Part shown: positions 20,572 through 32,265 of the stretch, piece by piece | How the letters are laid out: every line of letters begins with the position of its first letter | Numbering within the stretch: the first letter of the stretch is position 1 | NCBI GenBank assembly: GCA_965223845.1 | Contig: CBDCXR010000004.1 | Coordinates: forward strand, 3,840,001 to 3,904,000 | Reading direction: 5' to 3' | DNA length: 64,000 bases | Origin: Planctomycetota bacterium | Lineage (GTDB): Bacteria > Planctomycetota > UBA8108 > SXIK01 | The notes under the pieces: generated by a model | The model's database searches: none | What the model was told of the DNA's origin: nothing | The model's input: only the letters and a program-made list of their open reading frames with translations | Made by a program: the position numbers and the translations under genes

Positions 20572-21813
20572 ATGTCCGACCGCCCCACCGCTCAGCGCTG
20601 GATTCTGCACGTCGATATGGACGCGTTCTACGCGGCGATCGAAATCCTCGATCGCCCCGAGCTCGCCGAGCGTCCGGTGATCGTCGGCGGGACCCCCGAA
20701 GGCCACGGAGTGGTGTCGACCGCGAACTACATCGCGCGCCGCTACGGAATCCACAGCGCTCTCCCCGCGGCCCGCGCCGTTCGACTCTGTCCGCACGGAG
20801 TCTTCCTCCCGCCCCGCCCCGAGCGGTATCGCGAAGAATCGCGTCGCGTATTCGGACTCTTTCGCGCCATCACCCCCGTCGTGGAGCCGCTCTCGATCGA
20901 CGAGGCGTTCCTGGATATCACGGGTTGCTCGCCGATCGTGCGTGGCGACGAACCAGCCGCGGTCGCGATCGCACGTGAGCTCCAGGAACGAGTCCGCTCT
21001 GAGACCGGCGGCCTCACTTGTTCGGTGGGCATCGCCGAGAACAAGTTCCTCGCCAAGCTCGCGAGTGACCTCGAGAAACCGAACGGACTCGTCCTCGTGC
21101 CGCGGGGCGAGGCGGAGGAGTTTCTCGCACCGCTCTCGATTGGAAGACTCTGGGGCGTCGGACCGAAGACGGCGGAGCGCCTCGAACGCGAAGGCTGGTT
21201 TCGCATCGGCGATCTTCAGCGCGCCGGGATCGAACGCCTCGAAGCGGTGGTCGGTCGAGAGCACGGGGCGCATCTATTCGCGCTCGCGCGAGGAATCGAT
21301 CGACGGAAGGTCCGTCCGGACCGGGAGGCGAAGTCCGTGAGCAGTGAGGTCACGTTCGCCGAATTCATCCCCGCCCGAGACGAAGAGCGCCTGTTCGACG
21401 TCCTCTTTGCCCTTTCGCACGATGTCGCGCGGCGTCTCCGGCGCTCGGGACTCTGGGGTCAGACCGTCGTCCTCAAAGTCCGCGACGCGGCGTTTCGAAC
21501 TCTGACGCGAACGAGTCGGCGGGACGCTCCCGTCCAGACCGTCGAAGACATCTTCGGCGCGGCCTCGACCCTCTACCGAGAGCGGGTCGAGCTCCATCGT
21601 CGCGTGCGACTCCTCGGCGTCGGCGTGACGCAGCTCTCGACGGAGGCTCTCCGCCAGCTCGAGCTCTTCACCGGCGAACGCGACCGGGATCGCACGCGCG
21701 CCAGTGATCTTGCGCGCGTCGAAGACGCCGTCCGGGCGAAGCTCGGCGCGGGACGCATTACGCGCGCGCGACTTCTCGGACGGACGCGGCGAGGAAGGCC
21801 CGACGAGGCTTGA
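20572..21813 (+). CDS. dinB: DNA polymerase IV (Y family)
   Basis: ILHVDMDAFYA, VVSTANYIARRYGIHSA, SIDEAFLD, NKFLAKLASDLEKPNG, LWGVGPKT, VRLLGV. Confidence 0.95.
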   Translation: MSDRPTAQRWILHVDMDAFYAAIEILDRPELAERPVIVGGTPEGHGVVSTANYIARRYGIHSALPAARAVRLCPHGVFLPPRPERYREESRRVFGLFRAITPVVEPLSIDEAFLDITGCSPIVRGDEPAAVAIARELQERVRSETGGLTCSVGIAENKFLAKLASDLEKPNGLVLVPRGEAEEFLAPLSIGRLWGVGPKTAERLEREGWFRIGDLQRAGIERLEAVVGREHGAHLFALARGIDRRKVRPDREAKSVSSEVTFAEFIPARDEERLFDVLFALSHDVARRLRRSGLWGQTVVLKVRDAAFRTLTRTSRRDAPVQTVEDIFGAASTLYRERVELHRRVRLLGVGVTQLSTEALRQLELFTGERDRDRTRASDLARVEDAVRAKLGAGRITRARLLGRTRRGRPDEA

Positions 21814-22033
21814 GCACGCCCGCGGGAAGGCGAGTCCCCGGCTCTCGGCGGCGGCATCGAGCAAAACAAGGATGAGCCGATGCCGACTCGAGGATCGTCA
21901 GATCTTGTCGCGATTCGAAGTCGAGTTTTCCCCCGGCCGGGAATCGGAGTTATGAAGAAGGAGTCCTCCCGCCGGGCGGGGTTCGACTCACCCCGGCGCG
22001 GAGTTCCACCATTCTTCACCGCGGAACGCCTTC

Positions 22034-25000
22034 ATGAATTCCTCGACGACTCGCCGCTGGCGATCGAGTGCAGCATGGACGGTCGCGATTTTCGCGATTC
22101 TCGCCGCCGCAGTTTTCTACCTGCTTCGACCGCCCGCACTCGACCCCGGTGAGGAACCCGACGGGGAGCCGCTCGCGGGCCTCGAGGACGCGGCCCCTCC
22201 GCTCGCGAGCGGGGAGCGGCCGGACGCGGCTCCGAATCCGGGCGGCAGCTCGGCGACGACGGTGGTCGAAGACGTCGAGCCTCCGACGCCGCTCCTCAAC
22301 GGCACGATCACCGGCGACGGCGCCGCGGTTCCCGACGCATCCGTGATTCTCCTCTCGGTCGATGCTATCGAGTCGAGCCTGCGCCGGCTCGAGCGCTTCG
22401 TGCCGCGATCCGATTCGATCCCGGCCATCGAACCGATCCTCAGCGCGCTCCGCGATGAGATCCTCGGCCTCCGGCGACGAGCAGCGACCGCGGCGACGGA
22501 CGCGAGCGGCTACTACGAGTTCCACGATCTCGACGAGGGGGGCCACATCGTCCTCGCCGTCTCGCCCGAATGGAGATTCAAGTACGGGGACGTCGTCAGT
22601 ATCGCCCGCGGCGAAGAACGTCGGCTCGATCTCGCACTCGCCCGCGGCGAGTCGATCTCGGGTCGCGTCGTCGGGACCGACGGTCTTCCGCGAGCGGGAG
22701 CGACCGTCACCGCCGCGTTCCGGCCTCCCGGGATGGCAGGGCTCAGTCGAATCATTCACCGCGGGCTCCAGTACCTGAACGGCGAGCTCCTTCGCGGCCC
22801 GTTCGTGGCGACGACCGGGGCGGACGGGGAGTTCGAGATCGGGGGCCTCCTCCCGGGCGTCTACGACATCTCCGCCGAGATCGTCGATGGCGTTCTCGGG
22901 GTCACACGCGGCGTCGAGACCGGTCGGAGCGGAGTCATCGTCACGCTCGGTGAGCCGGCTCAGATCACCGGCGTCGTCATCGACGAGAACGGCATCCCCG
23001 TGTCGCACGTCGAGCTGCGCGTGGAGGCAGAGGCCGAACGGGTTCAGCTCCCTCTCGCGTTCGCTTCCTTCGGCGACGCGGCGAATACCGTCTTCGCCGC
23101 GCTAGGCGAAGGCCCGCGCGCGGCGGAGACGTCCGGCGCGGGGAGATTTCGCTTCCAGCGCCTTGAGCCGGGCCGCTATCGACTCTCGTGCCAAAGCGCG
23201 GGCTTTCTCCCCCACCAGCAGTCGGTCGACGTCGATTGGGGCGAGCGCAAAGAGGTCGAGCCGATCACGCTAGGTCGCGGCGCTACGATCACGGGCGTCG
23301 TTCGGAACCCGCACGGAGCGTCGCTCGAAGGCGCCGCCGTATTCGCGATTCCGAAGGACGTCAACTTCATGAATATGGGACTCGTCATGAAGGACGTGAT
23401 CAGTCGCCGCGTCACCGCGAAGACGGGACCGGATGGGGTCTTCCGTCTCTCGGGTCTCGTGGGAGGCACCTACGAAGTCACCGCGACACACGACCATCAC
23501 GCGTCGGACCGCCATCGCATTCGTGCGCCGAACGCCGAGCCGGTCGAGTTCATTCTCGAGGTTGGTCTCCGGGTATCCGGGCGCGTACGCGACACTGCGG
23601 GCGAGCCGATCGCCGGGGCCCGCGTCCGCGCGAACCGCGAATCGACGACCACGGACGGCGAAGGCGCGTTCGAGATCGACGGCGTCGTCGTCTCGAACGG
23701 AAACAGCGGCCCGTTTTGGAACGGCCGGCTGCGCGAGAGGAGAGAGATTCGCATCGAAGCGTCACAGGACGGCTTTCGCCCCGCGAGTGTCCGACTCGCC
23801 GAGGAGGATCGTCTCGACGAGGTCGAGCTCACGCTCGAACGCGCTCCGAGGATCCGGGGTACGGTCGTCGATTCCGCCGGCGAGCCCGTGCCGGGCACGA
23901 TTCTCCGATTGACGCCCGAGCTGCCGGAGGAGTTTCGGGCCGGTGTGCTTCCGCGGTTCGGGATCGACGCCGGGATGATCTTCTTCGGGGTCACCGTGGC
24001 CGACGCCGACGGAAAGTTCGATTTTCAGTCGTATCGCTCGTTCGGCGATATCGACGCGATCGAGGTTCTCGCGACCCACCCGGAGTTCACGAACACCCGA
24101 TCGGAGGGAATCGATCTCGGTGGCGACGATGTCGACGTCGAAATCCGTCTCGTCCGTGGCGGGACGATTTCCGGAAGGGTGAGCGACGGCAGCTCTCCCC
24201 TGAGCGGCGCGACGGTGCAGCTGCGGCGAGTCGTCGAGGGTGACGAGGAGGTCGAGGAGATGGAGAGGGTGTTCGGTTTCCTCGGCCTCCCGAAGGGCGG
24301 CGAGGAAGCCTACACAGACAAAAACGGAAGGTTTGTCTATGCGCAAGTCGAGAGCGGCGACTACCTGATCTCCGCGGCGATGCCTCATTTTGTCGAATCG
24401 CCGGAGCAGCCCATTCGCGTCGATGTCGATGCCGAACTCGATCTCGACATCGTCGTCGACGTCGGGGAGATGATCTCCGGCGCCGTGGTCGACGCCGGGG
24501 GCGGGCCGGTGGCGGGGGCGCGCGTCCGCATCCTCCGCGAACCCGAGGTCGGGACGCGAAGCGACCGCGACCAGTTTCAGTTCGAGAAGGCGTTCGGCGG
24601 CGCACTCAAACGGACGAACGTGGACGTCGAAGGGCGGTTCGAATTCCCGGGTCTCCGCGCCGGGAGCTACACGGTGATCGCCTCGGCCGACGGTTTCGCC
24701 GACGCCGAACAGCGCGGCGTCGAAGCGGGAGGGCGGGAGCTCGAGTTCACGCTCGCTGCAGCCGCGGCGCTCGTCGTGCGCGTTCGCGATGCGGTCGACG
24801 GCGCGCCGCTCGGTGGATTCACGCTCAGTCTCCAGTCTCTCGACAGCGAGACGGACGACGACGACGTCGACTTCAGCGGACCTTGGAATCGGGCTCGTTC
24901 CGCCGGGAACGCCGACGGCACTCAATCGTCCCGAAACCTCGCCCCGGGCGAGTACCGCGCGACCGTCGGCCTCGCCGGGTACGTCTCGGCGAGCCAGACG

Positions 25001-25669
25001 CTCGAGCTCGCGTCGGGCGAGACCGCGACCATCGATTTCGATCTCGCGCGCGGAATCTCCGTTTTGGGGACGATTGTCGACGCGGCGACACAGCAGCCGA
25101 TCGATGACGCCGAGGTCCTTCTCACCTCGCGAACACCCGAATTCCCCGCCGGCCCCGACCCGAGGGAGGCGACGCCCGAAGAAGTCGCCGCGGACGACGA
25201 GCGCGCGCTGCGGCGCCTGTGGAGCCGCAGCGACGAGAGCGAGTGGAGCGACGACAGCAACTCGCGCGGGGAGTTTCAGATCCGCGACGTGCCGCTCGAT
25301 GTCGCCGCCGCGACGGTCGTCCATTCAGAGTTCGTGCCGCAGGTCGTCTCGCCGCTCGTAGTCGCGCGCGGAGAAGACACGACGCTCCAGATTCAGCTCC
25401 GGCGGGGCTACACGGTCGACGGACGCGTCCTCGATGCAGGAGACGACGGTATCTCCGGTCGGTTCCTCTTTCTCCGCGGCGTGGACGCGGAGAACGCCCA
25501 CATCCGGAAGACCGCGGCGACGAACGGCGAAGGCGGCTTCCGCTTTGCCGGACTCGCCGCGGGGTCGTATCGCATCCTCTGCCCGAATCGGAACGGGCCG
25601 CCGGTCACGCCGCTTCACCTAAGCGTGGCGGGCAACCGAACGGTCGAGCTCCGTGCGACGGGCGAGTGA
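22034..25669 (+). CDS. Membrane-anchored protein with about 10 tandem carboxypeptidase-regulatory-like (prealbumin-fold) repeats
   Basis: N-terminal TM helix, then repeats of the form I-x-G-x-V-x-D..G.P..GA.V...TD..G.F.F..L..G.Y. Confidence 0.88.
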   Translation: MNSSTTRRWRSSAAWTVAIFAILAAAVFYLLRPPALDPGEEPDGEPLAGLEDAAPPLASGERPDAAPNPGGSSATTVVEDVEPPTPLLNGTITGDGAAVPDASVILLSVDAIESSLRRLERFVPRSDSIPAIEPILSALRDEILGLRRRAATAATDASGYYEFHDLDEGGHIVLAVSPEWRFKYGDVVSIARGEERRLDLALARGESISGRVVGTDGLPRAGATVTAAFRPPGMAGLSRIIHRGLQYLNGELLRGPFVATTGADGEFEIGGLLPGVYDISAEIVDGVLGVTRGVETGRSGVIVTLGEPAQITGVVIDENGIPVSHVELRVEAEAERVQLPLAFASFGDAANTVFAALGEGPRAAETSGAGRFRFQRLEPGRYRLSCQSAGFLPHQQSVDVDWGERKEVEPITLGRGATITGVVRNPHGASLEGAAVFAIPKDVNFMNMGLVMKDVISRRVTAKTGPDGVFRLSGLVGGTYEVTATHDHHASDRHRIRAPNAEPVEFILEVGLRVSGRVRDTAGEPIAGARVRANRESTTTDGEGAFEIDGVVVSNGNSGPFWNGRLRERREIRIEASQDGFRPASVRLAEEDRLDEVELTLERAPRIRGTVVDSAGEPVPGTILRLTPELPEEFRAGVLPRFGIDAGMIFFGVTVADADGKFDFQSYRSFGDIDAIEVLATHPEFTNTRSEGIDLGGDDVDVEIRLVRGGTISGRVSDGSSPLSGATVQLRRVVEGDEEVEEMERVFGFLGLPKGGEEAYTDKNGRFVYAQVESGDYLISAAMPHFVESPEQPIRVDVDAELDLDIVVDVGEMISGAVVDAGGGPVAGARVRILREPEVGTRSDRDQFQFEKAFGGALKRTNVDVEGRFEFPGLRAGSYTVIASADGFADAEQRGVEAGGRELEFTLAAAAALVVRVRDAVDGAPLGGFTLSLQSLDSETDDDDVDFSGPWNRARSAGNADGTQSSRNLAPGEYRATVGLAGYVSASQTLELASGETATIDFDLARGISVLGTIVDAATQQPIDDAEVLLTSRTPEFPAGPDPREATPEEVAADDERALRRLWSRSDESEWSDDSNSRGEFQIRDVPLDVAAATVVHSEFVPQVVSPLVVARGEDTTLQIQLRRGYTVDGRVLDAGDDGISGRFLFLRGVDAENAHIRKTAATNGEGGFRFAGLAAGSYRILCPNRNGPPVTPLHLSVAGNRTVELRATGE

Positions 25670-25740
25670 GCTCGAACGGAACGCGCCCTCGCTCCGGTGG
25701 AGCCCGCGCGGCTCCGCGGAGCGCTCGAATCGGATGCGGA

Positions 25741-27006
25741 TCAGCGGCGTTTTCCGCGCGCGCGCTTCCGCTCTTCCCACCAGGAGTTCGCGAGCTTGAT
25801 CGCGCGCCGCCGCTCCTCCTGAGTGTCGAGCTGGTAGCCGATCTCGAGTCCGGTGATTTTCTCGAGCGCGTCGGAGGCATCCTCGCGGAACTGCGACTCG
25901 GAATGCTTGAGCCGGCTGACGATGTACGGAACGGTCTCGAACAACTCGAGGTCGCGGAGGACCACTCCCATGTCGCCCATGTCGGTGAGAAGACGCGGCT
26001 CTTCCTTGATGAGATTAACGAAGAACTTCCGCATCGAGTCGTCACCGCCCCGGTAGAAAGCCTGCGCCGCCCAGACGCGCTCCGAGACCTCGCTCGACTC
26101 GAGGTAGGCGTCGACCTTCTCGACGCCGTCGACGTCGCGATCGATTCCCACACGGCCGACACCGCGCAGCGCCGTCGTCCGGACGGCCGGATCCTCGTCG
26201 TCGAGGAGCCGGAGGAGCGGCGGCAGTCCCCGTCGATCCTCTAGACGCCCGAGCGCATCCGCGACCGAAGCACGCTTCCGCGCGATCGGGTGAGAACTCA
26301 ACTCGATCAGATGATCGAAACCCTCGTCACCGGACTGCCCGAGAACCCGCAAGTACACTTCCGAGCCGAGCGGATAGTCCTCCATGCGATTGTAGAAAAT
26401 GTCGGCGAGCGCCCGCCGTACCGCATCCGACATGGAATCGCGGAGAATCTTCTCGGCGTTGATCCACGATGTGCTCCCGGCGATCTCGCCACACTCCTCG
26501 ATGTCGAACACCGCGTAGTGGACGCCGAGCGGAACCGTCTCCTTCCACTCGTACCGCTTGATGAACTGCGTTGCCTTGATGTGATTCGGCTTCCACGGGT
26601 TGACCGCCCGGCGCTTCTCCATGCCGACGAGCGGCAGCGCGGGACCGTCCGCGCGAAAGCGGAACGTCGGCTTCGCGACGAAGAAGCGCCCCGATTCGAG
26701 GATCTCGAAGCGGAGCGCGTCCTCGGGAACGGCGAACGGCCCCTCGGCGCCCGCGCAGCCCGACTGGATGAAGGCCCACCCTTTCTTCGAGTAGTATCCG
26801 GGCCAGGTGTCGGCGGCGTCGCCGACGAGCTCGATATAGACCTCTCGCGCTTCGGCTCGACTCGGCGCAAACCAAAAACGGAAGTCACGGGCGAGTAGAT
26901 CCGGGACGTAGGCGAGACCGACGATCGCCGCGTCCAAGGACGGCTCGGACGATTCGCTGGCGAGGTCGGGTGCTTCTTCAGTGGAGGCGTCGGTTTCCAC
27001 TTCCAT
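25741..27006 (-). CDS. Protein with an uncharacterised N-terminal domain and C-terminal HEAT repeats
   Basis: C-terminal ADALGRLEDRRGLPPLLRLLDDEDPAVRTTALRGVG and FREDASDALEKITG; N-terminal ~230 aa not recognised. Confidence 0.8.
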   Translation of the reverse strand: MEVETDASTEEAPDLASESSEPSLDAAIVGLAYVPDLLARDFRFWFAPSRAEAREVYIELVGDAADTWPGYYSKKGWAFIQSGCAGAEGPFAVPEDALRFEILESGRFFVAKPTFRFRADGPALPLVGMEKRRAVNPWKPNHIKATQFIKRYEWKETVPLGVHYAVFDIEECGEIAGSTSWINAEKILRDSMSDAVRRALADIFYNRMEDYPLGSEVYLRVLGQSGDEGFDHLIELSSHPIARKRASVADALGRLEDRRGLPPLLRLLDDEDPAVRTTALRGVGRVGIDRDVDGVEKVDAYLESSEVSERVWAAQAFYRGGDDSMRKFFVNLIKEEPRLLTDMGDMGVVLRDLELFETVPYIVSRLKHSESQFREDASDALEKITGLEIGYQLDTQEERRRAIKLANSWWEERKRARGKRR

Positions 27007-27205
27007 CAGACTCTAAGCTTTCGAGAAGGCGCGCGGAACGGACCGAAGTCCCCCGGCACGGCCACGATTCGGTCTAGTCTCGCGCTCGCGTCGACGAGCG
27101 TCGCGCGCGACGGCGCAAACGGCGGGCTGTTATCGTACGTCGGGCCCCGGACCGCGCAATGGAATTCGTCCCCGCGTGAGCCGGGCCGGCGCGGCGGTCT
27201 CGATC

Positions 27206-28981
27206 TCAACACCACAGCCACTTCACCATGGCGACGGTGATCACGGCGGCGATCAGATTGAGCGGGATTCCGATCCGAAGAAAGTCGCGGAAGCGATAGC
27301 CGCCGGGACCGTACACGATGAGATTCGTCTGGTATCCGATCGGGGTCGAAAAGCTCGCGCACGCCGCGATCGCCACGACGACGGCGAACCCACGCGGGTC
27401 TTCGTTCATGCGTTCGGCGGCCGCGAGGGCGACGGGGAAGAGCATCGCCGCCGCGGCGGCGTTCGTCACGAGCTCGGTGAAGAGGTTCGTGAGGAGAAAC
27501 AGCGCGGCGAGAACGCCGACGACTCCGAAGCTCTCGGAGACGTTGAGGACGCCGGTCGCGAGCCCTTCGCCGAGCCCGGTTTTGTCGACGGCCTTCGAAA
27601 TCCCGATGGCCGACGCGATGAGGAGAACGACAGACAGATCGACCGAGCGCCGAGCGCGGGCGGGGGTAATCACTCGCGCCAGGAGGAGGATGAACACCGC
27701 GGCGAACGCCGCGACCATGAGGGGTACCCAGCCGAGCGCCGCGACCAGGACCATAGAGAAGACCAATCCGATCACCGGGAGCGCTCGTCGCGGCTGCGCT
27801 CTCTTCGCCCATCCGCGTGCGGACACGAGATAGAAGTCCGGCGCGTCCCGCCACGCCGAACCGAAGCCCGCCGATGCCTCGACGATGAGAACGTCCCCGG
27901 GTCGGAAGCGGATGTCGCCGAGCTTCGAACGAATCCGCCCGCCGCGCCGGTGAACCGCGACGACCACGGCGTCGTAGCGCCGGCGGAATTGCGCGTCGCG
28001 GAGAGTCGTGCCGACGAGGGGGGACGATCCCGAGACGACGACCTCGTAGAGCCGCGAATCCGATCGATCGCCGAGGATGTCCTCCGGATCCGCCGTGACG
28101 GGTGTGAGCCCCGGTATCTTCTGCAGCTCGACCACAGTGTCCGCGATTCCGGTGAACACGAGGTGGTCGCCCGCGGCGATCCGTTCGTATGGCCGTACGG
28201 GAACGATCGCACGATCGCCGCGCGTGATGCGCATGAGGAAGAGTCCGGAGAGATGGCGGAGCTCCGCTTCCTCGACCGTCTTTCCGACGAGCTCGCACTG
28301 CGGTCCAACCTCGAGCTCCGCGAGGTACTGCTTTCCCTCGGCTCCCGCCGATTGGTAGGGCTCACGCCGATCGGGGAGGAGCCGCTGGCTGAAGGCGACG
28401 AGGTAGAGCGTCCCCACGATGGTGAGTACGACACCGACCGGAGCCAACTCGCGGAACATGCCGAACGGCTCGTAGCCGTTTTCGACGAGAAGGCCGCTCA
28501 CGAGAAGATGCGTCGACGTTCCGATGAGCGTACATGCACCGCCGATGATCGCGGCGTAGGAAAGTGGAATGAGGAACTTCGAGGGCGCGACGCCCTCGCG
28601 GTGCGCCCAGTCCCGGACGGCGGGCGTCATCATCGCGACGAGCGGCGTGTTGTTGATGAACGCGCTCAGGAAGGAGGTCGGGAGGATCAGACGCAGAACG
28701 GCGATCCGCGGCCGGGACGGTTTCGTGAGCAAACGCCGACCGAGGTAGTCGAGACCGCCGGAATCACGTACTGCCGCGGCGAGGACGAAGAGCGCGGCGA
28801 TCGTGAGCAGCTGCTCGTTCGCGAACCCGGCCACCGCTTCAGCAGGTTCGAGAACACCCGCGACGAGAAGCAAGACGAGCCCGCCGGCGAAGACGACCTC
28901 TGGGCTGAACGCTTCGCGCACGAGCCCGACGAGGATCACGCCGAGCACGCCGAGCGTGTACCAAGCTTCCCAGTTGTCCAT
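27206..28981 (-). CDS. SLC13/DASS family permease with two TrkA-C domains (sulfate or di/tricarboxylate)
   Basis: SAFINNTPLV, PLSYAAIIGGACTLIGTSTHL, TELVTNAAAAA, STPIGYQTNLIVYGPGGY. Confidence 0.93.
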   Translation of the reverse strand: MDNWEAWYTLGVLGVILVGLVREAFSPEVVFAGGLVLLLVAGVLEPAEAVAGFANEQLLTIAALFVLAAAVRDSGGLDYLGRRLLTKPSRPRIAVLRLILPTSFLSAFINNTPLVAMMTPAVRDWAHREGVAPSKFLIPLSYAAIIGGACTLIGTSTHLLVSGLLVENGYEPFGMFRELAPVGVVLTIVGTLYLVAFSQRLLPDRREPYQSAGAEGKQYLAELEVGPQCELVGKTVEEAELRHLSGLFLMRITRGDRAIVPVRPYERIAAGDHLVFTGIADTVVELQKIPGLTPVTADPEDILGDRSDSRLYEVVVSGSSPLVGTTLRDAQFRRRYDAVVVAVHRRGGRIRSKLGDIRFRPGDVLIVEASAGFGSAWRDAPDFYLVSARGWAKRAQPRRALPVIGLVFSMVLVAALGWVPLMVAAFAAVFILLLARVITPARARRSVDLSVVLLIASAIGISKAVDKTGLGEGLATGVLNVSESFGVVGVLAALFLLTNLFTELVTNAAAAAMLFPVALAAAERMNEDPRGFAVVVAIAACASFSTPIGYQTNLIVYGPGGYRFRDFLRIGIPLNLIAAVITVAMVKWLWC

Positions 28982-29289
28982 CCGTCCGTGTCTCCGCTCC
29001 ACCGCCTCGCGACCGACCGGCCCGGCGGGTTCAATCTCCGTCCGTCCGCCCGCGCGGCGCGGCATGATTCTTCGCCACTGTGGATCGAAGCGCAAGCAAT
29101 GCCGGGCCCGGCTCCAATCGATGGAGCGCTCAAATCCGATCGAGGCGGTTCGGAGGTTCCTCGCGACGATTCGCTACAAACTCGTGCAAATCGCGTACCC
29201 GCTTTTCGCAAGCCGATGCCGAGTCGACGAATTCTCTTGCAAAGACGCTCCGCTCTTCTATCTTTCGTCACCTCCTCGGGAGATTGAGC

Positions 29290-30984
<1,695 letters not shown>

Positions 30985-31006
30985 GGCGGCGAGCGGGGCG
31001 ACGACG

Positions 31007-31053
31007 AAAACACGCGCGGCGGTCTCCTTCCCGGAGACCGCCGCGCGTTGTTT
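31007..31053. terminator. Probable bidirectional intrinsic terminator
   Basis: 16-bp perfect stem ACGCGCGGCGGTCTCC-ttccc-GGAGACCGCCGCGCGT, flanked by AAAAC and TGTTT, between convergent ettA and hsp20. Confidence 0.8.
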
Positions 31054-31078
31054 GAGAGAAGGTGAGTCGACTCGGTCC

Positions 31079-31471
31079 TTACTTCGTCGAAATCGGGATC
31101 GCGCGTGCCTTCTTCGCCTCCGCCTTCGGGAGACGAACGGTCAGCACGCCGTCGACGAACGACGCCGAAATGGCGTCGAGATCGACTTTCTCCCGCACGC
31201 GAAATGTCCGCCGAAACTCGCCCGTGCAGTGCTCGCGCCAGACGGGCCGCGCCTCGTCGAACGAGCGCTCGGCGGCTCGGCCTCTCACGGTGAGGTGATC
31301 GTCGTCGAATGCGACCTCGAGACCATCCTCGTTCACACCCGGCAGATCGAGCACCGCCGTCAGCTCGGTTTGGGATTCGTAGATGTCGACGTCCGGGATG
31401 AACTCTCGCAGCGGCTCGCGCCCAGTAGCGAGGGCGGTCCGTTCGGTCGCAGAAGCAGGCTTGTCCGTCAT
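31079..31471 (-). CDS. Hsp20/alpha-crystallin small heat shock protein
   Basis: PDVDIYE, LDLPGV, LTVRG, FRRTF, DGVLTVRLPKAE; IPI C-terminal IxI motif; AAGGAG RBS. Confidence 0.92.
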   Translation of the reverse strand: MTDKPASATERTALATGREPLREFIPDVDIYESQTELTAVLDLPGVNEDGLEVAFDDDHLTVRGRAAERSFDEARPVWREHCTGEFRRTFRVREKVDLDAISASFVDGVLTVRLPKAEAKKARAIPISTK

Positions 31472-31526
31472 GGGAGTGTTCTCCTTTTGATGCGCAGGGG
31501 CTGAGATACCGTCGCGCCGCGCGCGA

Positions 31527-31952
31527 TCAACGAATCTCGATGCGAAGCGGCTTCGCGGCCGCGACACGCGGGAGCGTCAGTCGAAGAACGCCGTCCTTCA
31601 GCTCCGCCGTCACGCGGTCGGCGTCGATCTCGCTCGAGAGGTGGATCGTACGAGAGAATTTGCCGCGCGCTCGTTCGAGCCGGACGGGCGTGTCGCCCTC
31701 CTTGGGCGCGGAATCGCGTTCGCCGGCCAGGGTCAGCTCGTCGCCGAGGACCTCGACGCGGAGCGCGTCCTTCGGGACGCCCGGAATCTCGGCTTCGACG
31801 TAGACGTTCTCGTCGTCTTCCCAGAGGTTGACGGACAGGAACGCGTTCCGGGAGCTCGGCACGCGATGCGAGAAGAGACCGCCGAAGAGCTGGTCCATCT
31901 CGTTCTGAAGCTGGTCGAAAAAATCGGTACCCGATGCAAACTTGAGGCTCAT
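31527..31952 (-). CDS. Hsp20/alpha-crystallin small heat shock protein
   Basis: VNLWEDDENVYVEAEIPGV, ERARGKFSRTI, DGVLRLTLPR, IEIR; GGAGG RBS. Confidence 0.94.
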   Translation of the reverse strand: MSLKFASGTDFFDQLQNEMDQLFGGLFSHRVPSSRNAFLSVNLWEDDENVYVEAEIPGVPKDALRVEVLGDELTLAGERDSAPKEGDTPVRLERARGKFSRTIHLSSEIDADRVTAELKDGVLRLTLPRVAAAKPLRIEIR

Positions 31953-32028
31953 GCTAGTTCCTCCGAATACTGTGGCTGGTTCGGGATCCCCAGGCGCCTC
32001 CCACAGGTCGCGGGGTCAGTCGGAGAAG

Positions 32029-32045
32029 AGCTAAGCGCGTGCCAA
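32029..32045 (-). promoter_or_regulatory. sigma-54 (-24/-12) promoter of the hsp20 pair
   Basis: Minus strand TTGGCACGCGCTTAGCT: GG-N10-GC spacing with TGGCACG core. Confidence 0.7.
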
Positions 32046-32074
32046 AGGTCGAGCAGAAGACACAACCTATTATC

Positions 32075-32087
32075 AATCAAAGAGTTA
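32075..32087 (+). promoter_or_regulatory. IHF binding site
   Basis: AATCAAAGAGTTA matches WATCAANNNNTTR exactly, inside an AT-rich island about 30 bp upstream of the -24 element. Confidence 0.65.
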
Positions 32088-32265
32088 AGACTTTTCTAAA
32101 GACCTCGCCTCGGCGAAGCCCATCAGCCATTATGGCAGCCGCAAGCGCTGCCCTGGCCTCGATTTCGCGGCTTCTCGGAAGGCCCATGCCAGAACGACAG
32201 CCCTGACCGCTAGACGCGGCCGGCGACTCGTCTCGGGGTCCACGCGAGCGCCCAGTCCACCCGCG

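Noticed and set aside
21960-22011. GGTTCGACTC...CCACCA resembling a tRNA/tmRNA 3' end or att site
   Set aside because: The T-stem is out of register by 2 nt, there is no D or anticodon arm or proper acceptor stem, and no integrase nearby. It is explained by a simple GC hairpin.
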